Assembly: GCA_048941285.1 (NCBI GenBank)
Contig: JBHLNS010000057.1
Location: 1-18,377 of the forward strand
Source of the DNA: Promethearchaeota archaeon
Lineage (GTDB): Archaea > Asgardarchaeota > Lokiarchaeia > Sigyniarchaeales > SOKP01
DNA length: 18,377 nt
Direction of reading: 5' to 3'
The first letter of the stretch is position 1; every line of letters begins with the position of its first letter. The position numbers and the translations under genes were made by a program. Shown piece by piece: positions 16,795 through 18,377 of the stretch. The notes under the pieces are model-generated. The model saw only the letters and a list, made by a program, of their open reading frames with translations, had not been told where the DNA came from and searched no databases.

Positions 16795-18336
16795 TTGAAC
16801 TGGTTTATGAAAGGAATGAAATTGACTTGGAGTCTAATTAGACTCAAATATAGCATATGTCTTTTTTGTAAGTTTTTTAAAAACGATTATTGTTCTAAAT
16901 GGCATCTCCCTAGAGGCCCTATTTCAGATAAATGCACGAAATTTAAGAGAAATTACTTATTTAGAGAAAATTTATTAAGGAACCATTCATTCCGACTTAT
17001 TTTTTTACTCTATTTTATGATGTATTTTTGTATAGGAATTATCCCACCAAATATAATTAACATTATTAACGCCATTCCAACTATTTCTGAATTTCAAATT
17101 AGCTTAGCAATTGTTTTCAATTTAATCGTTAACTCTGTTAGTGTAATGATTTTTGGTTATTTTGGAGATAAAATGTCTGAAAAAACTTCTATAAAGGGAT
17201 TATTCATTTTAACTAACACTTTTTGGATTTTCGGATACGGTTTTTTGGCTCTTTCTCCTAATTACATATTTTTTCTTAGTATGTTTACAATGAGTGCGAT
17301 AGGAACAGGTGCATTTATCCCATTAGGATTTTCAATGGTGGGAGAATTTTTTCATGCAAAGATCCGTGGAAAAAAATTCGGAATTATGCAATTTGGATTA
17401 ATTTTAGGAAATGGAATGGGAGTTATGATGGGAATAACATTTAACAATATCTTTAGGCAGAATGGGTGGCGGATCGCATATTTATTAGCAATTTCACTAA
17501 ATACATTGATTCTATTTGCCTATTCGTTAATTGCAGTAGAACCCGAACGTGGTAGAACAGACTCTGAATTTGCAGATTTCCCAGGTATTATAAAATATAA
17601 CTATAGAATTACTAAGGATCACTTAATTCAATTAGCAACTACTAAATCTATCATCGGAATTTTACTTTCAGTTTTATGTGGAGGAATTACTACATCCACT
17701 TTAGCTAATTGGGGAATTTATAATCTAACACTAAAGTTTGGTAGCTCAACATTTGCAACTATAATCTATTTGATGGTGGGTAGTGCAGCCCTTCCTGGGG
17801 CAGTTATAGGAGGAAAAATTAGTGATTATTTCTTTAAAAATAAAAAAATAAACAAACGTTTTCTGATTTCGATAATGTCAATATCAATTGGGGCTACATC
17901 ATTATTAGGATTTTATTTACTGCCTGTTAATTATTGGATTCTTATTCTACCATTAGGAATTATTGGGTACTTTTTCACATCCTTTAATAGCGGAACACAA
18001 TATGCAATATATTCCGAAGTGTGCATACCTGAACTACGGAGCACTGTAAATGCTCTAAATGGTCTGATGTTGAATATTGGTGGTATTTGTGGAAACTTAT
18101 TGGTTTCATTAATTATATACCAAAATATCACATACTTATCATATTCTATTCTTTTAGTATTATTAATATGGTTAATGGGTTCACTTTTTTGGACATTACC
18201 AGCGACATTTTACATGAAAGATTTTCAAAGACGGAATAGAATAATGATCAAAAAAAGAGTTGAATTAGAGCAGAAGCTAGCATATTTTACAACTGAGAAA
18301 CCGAGAAAATATCAGGTAAAAATCAGAGAATCATAA
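16795..18336 (+). CDS. Major facilitator superfamily transporter with a Cys-rich N-terminal extension; start uncertain
   Basis: About 12 TM segments. MFS loop motifs FGYFGDKM, VGEFFHAKIRGKKFG, GWRIAY, GGKISDYF and EVCIPELRSTVNAL. Confidence 0.9.
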   Translation: MNWFMKGMKLTWSLIRLKYSICLFCKFFKNDYCSKWHLPRGPISDKCTKFKRNYLFRENLLRNHSFRLIFLLYFMMYFCIGIIPPNIINIINAIPTISEFQISLAIVFNLIVNSVSVMIFGYFGDKMSEKTSIKGLFILTNTFWIFGYGFLALSPNYIFFLSMFTMSAIGTGAFIPLGFSMVGEFFHAKIRGKKFGIMQFGLILGNGMGVMMGITFNNIFRQNGWRIAYLLAISLNTLILFAYSLIAVEPERGRTDSEFADFPGIIKYNYRITKDHLIQLATTKSIIGILLSVLCGGITTSTLANWGIYNLTLKFGSSTFATIIYLMVGSAALPGAVIGGKISDYFFKNKKINKRFLISIMSISIGATSLLGFYLLPVNYWILILPLGIIGYFFTSFNSGTQYAIYSEVCIPELRSTVNALNGLMLNIGGICGNLLVSLIIYQNITYLSYSILLVLLIWLMGSLFWTLPATFYMKDFQRRNRIMIKKRVELEQKLAYFTTEKPRKYQVKIRES

Positions 18337-18377
18337 TAATCTGAACAATTTCTTCAAAATTTTATTGTAGCAATTTT

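Noticed and set aside
2231-17931. Short track ORFs at 2231, 3335, 4383, 10906, 12941, 15199, 15671 and 17931
   Set aside because: All lie antisense to longer genes with clear motifs or coding character and have no recognisable features.
1-18377. CRISPR array, rRNA or genome-wide TGA reassignment
   Set aside because: No spaced direct repeats or rRNA-like sequence seen. TGA serves as a normal stop at 8292 and Trp is encoded by TGG, so the TGA at 3613 is not a code change.

Overview
AT-rich archaeal genomic window, most likely Asgard (Lokiarchaeia-like). That call is inferred from a roadblock-Rab-like GTPase fusion, a gelsolin-domain protein, two 7TM-longin-like proteins, an archaeal Ogg glycosylase and an intron-containing tRNA. 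Other content: a truncated alkaline-phosphatase-superfamily gene, two DNA methyltransferases with no partner nuclease in view, RDD, DedA/VTT, TPR and MFS genes. The strongest unexplained signal is the 'hypothetical' gene at 2734..3594(-). Its frame extends upstream through a single in-frame TGA to a well-spaced GGAGG site, and a eukaryote-type SECIS-like stem-loop (AUGA..AA..GA) starts right after its stop codon. This points to a hidden selenoprotein of a non-thioredoxin family. Also found by hand: a tRNA-Leu(CAG) with two introns (21/22 and 37/38) and three small ORFs missing from the ORF track. All product calls come from motif recognition by eye, with no database search.
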